Assembly: GCA_053919585.1 (NCBI GenBank)
Contig: CM132807.1
Reading direction: 5' to 3' (one strand)
From: Euprymna scolopes
Lineage: Eukaryota
Length of the DNA stretch: 64,000 bases
This document shows, piece after piece, positions 63,629-64,000 of this stretch (the first letter of the stretch is position 1; each line of letters starts with the position of its first letter). A program made the position numbers and the translations under genes. The notes beneath the pieces were generated by a model. That model saw only the letters and a list, made by a program, of their open reading frames with translations. It had not been told where the DNA came from and made no database searches.

Positions 63629-63770
63629 ATAGGTGGCAGGTAGTTAAAGTGAAAACGTGCTTGAAATTGATTTCCAATGTAATCAACTCTGGACTGGTCT
63701 TAAAACTACATAACTTGATATGTGACCGATTCTTTAACAAAGTCATTTCCTTAAATGAAACAAGATTTCT
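63629..63770 (-). repeat. Right arm of the ~143-bp inverted repeat
   Basis: Reverse complement of 62692-62836. Confidence 0.9.
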
Positions 63771-63823
63771 CTCTCTCTCTCTCCCTGTATGTCTCTCTCT
63801 CCCTCTCTCTCTCTCTCTCTCAT

Positions 63824-63866
<43 letters not shown>

Positions 63867-64000
63867 CTCTATCTCTATCTCCCCCCTCTATCTATCTATC
63901 GCTTTCTTTGTTCTCTCTACCTTTCTTCTCTCTACACTCTTTCTCTCCTTTTTGCTCTATTTACATTTTCTCCTTCTCTTTATCTTTCCTCCTTATCTTT
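63769..64000. repeat. (CT)n/(CTAT)n microsatellite and pyrimidine-rich low-complexity tract
   Basis: Direct reading of the sequence. Confidence 0.9.

Overview
Eukaryotic (metazoan), gene-free, repeat-dominated window. Bases 1-51321 are one single-orientation AT-rich satellite array. Its ~34-35 bp monomer is a dimer of two related ~17-bp subunits, GATGTAATACT(A)5-6 and GACGTAATGAT(A)6-8. Rare variants reveal nested duplications of ~1.1, 1.6, 1.7, 1.8, 2.1, 3.3, 4.6 and 16.5-17.6 kb. A (GT)30 microsatellite at ~43.2 kb separates two satellite sub-domains. The remaining ~12.7 kb is a transposon graveyard with three short N runs. It holds a degenerate 5S rRNA-derived sequence, three polyadenylated 3' fragments of CR1-group LINEs (two inserted into other repeats whose empty sites are also in the window), a hAT-type MITE with TIRs and an 8-bp TSD, and a telomere-like (TAACCC)n minisatellite. 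It ends with a same-strand stack of four R4/Dong-type retrotransposon ends (restriction-like endonuclease domain), three with visible (TAA)n tails and one enclosed by ~143-bp inverted repeats. No intact protein-coding gene, CRISPR array or prokaryotic feature is supported. TTAGGG-type repeats and the 5S type loosely suggest a non-arthropod invertebrate (inference only). I did not find a convincing new gene system. The most interesting signals are structural: the satellite hierarchy, a shared insertion site, and the IR-flanked retro fragment.
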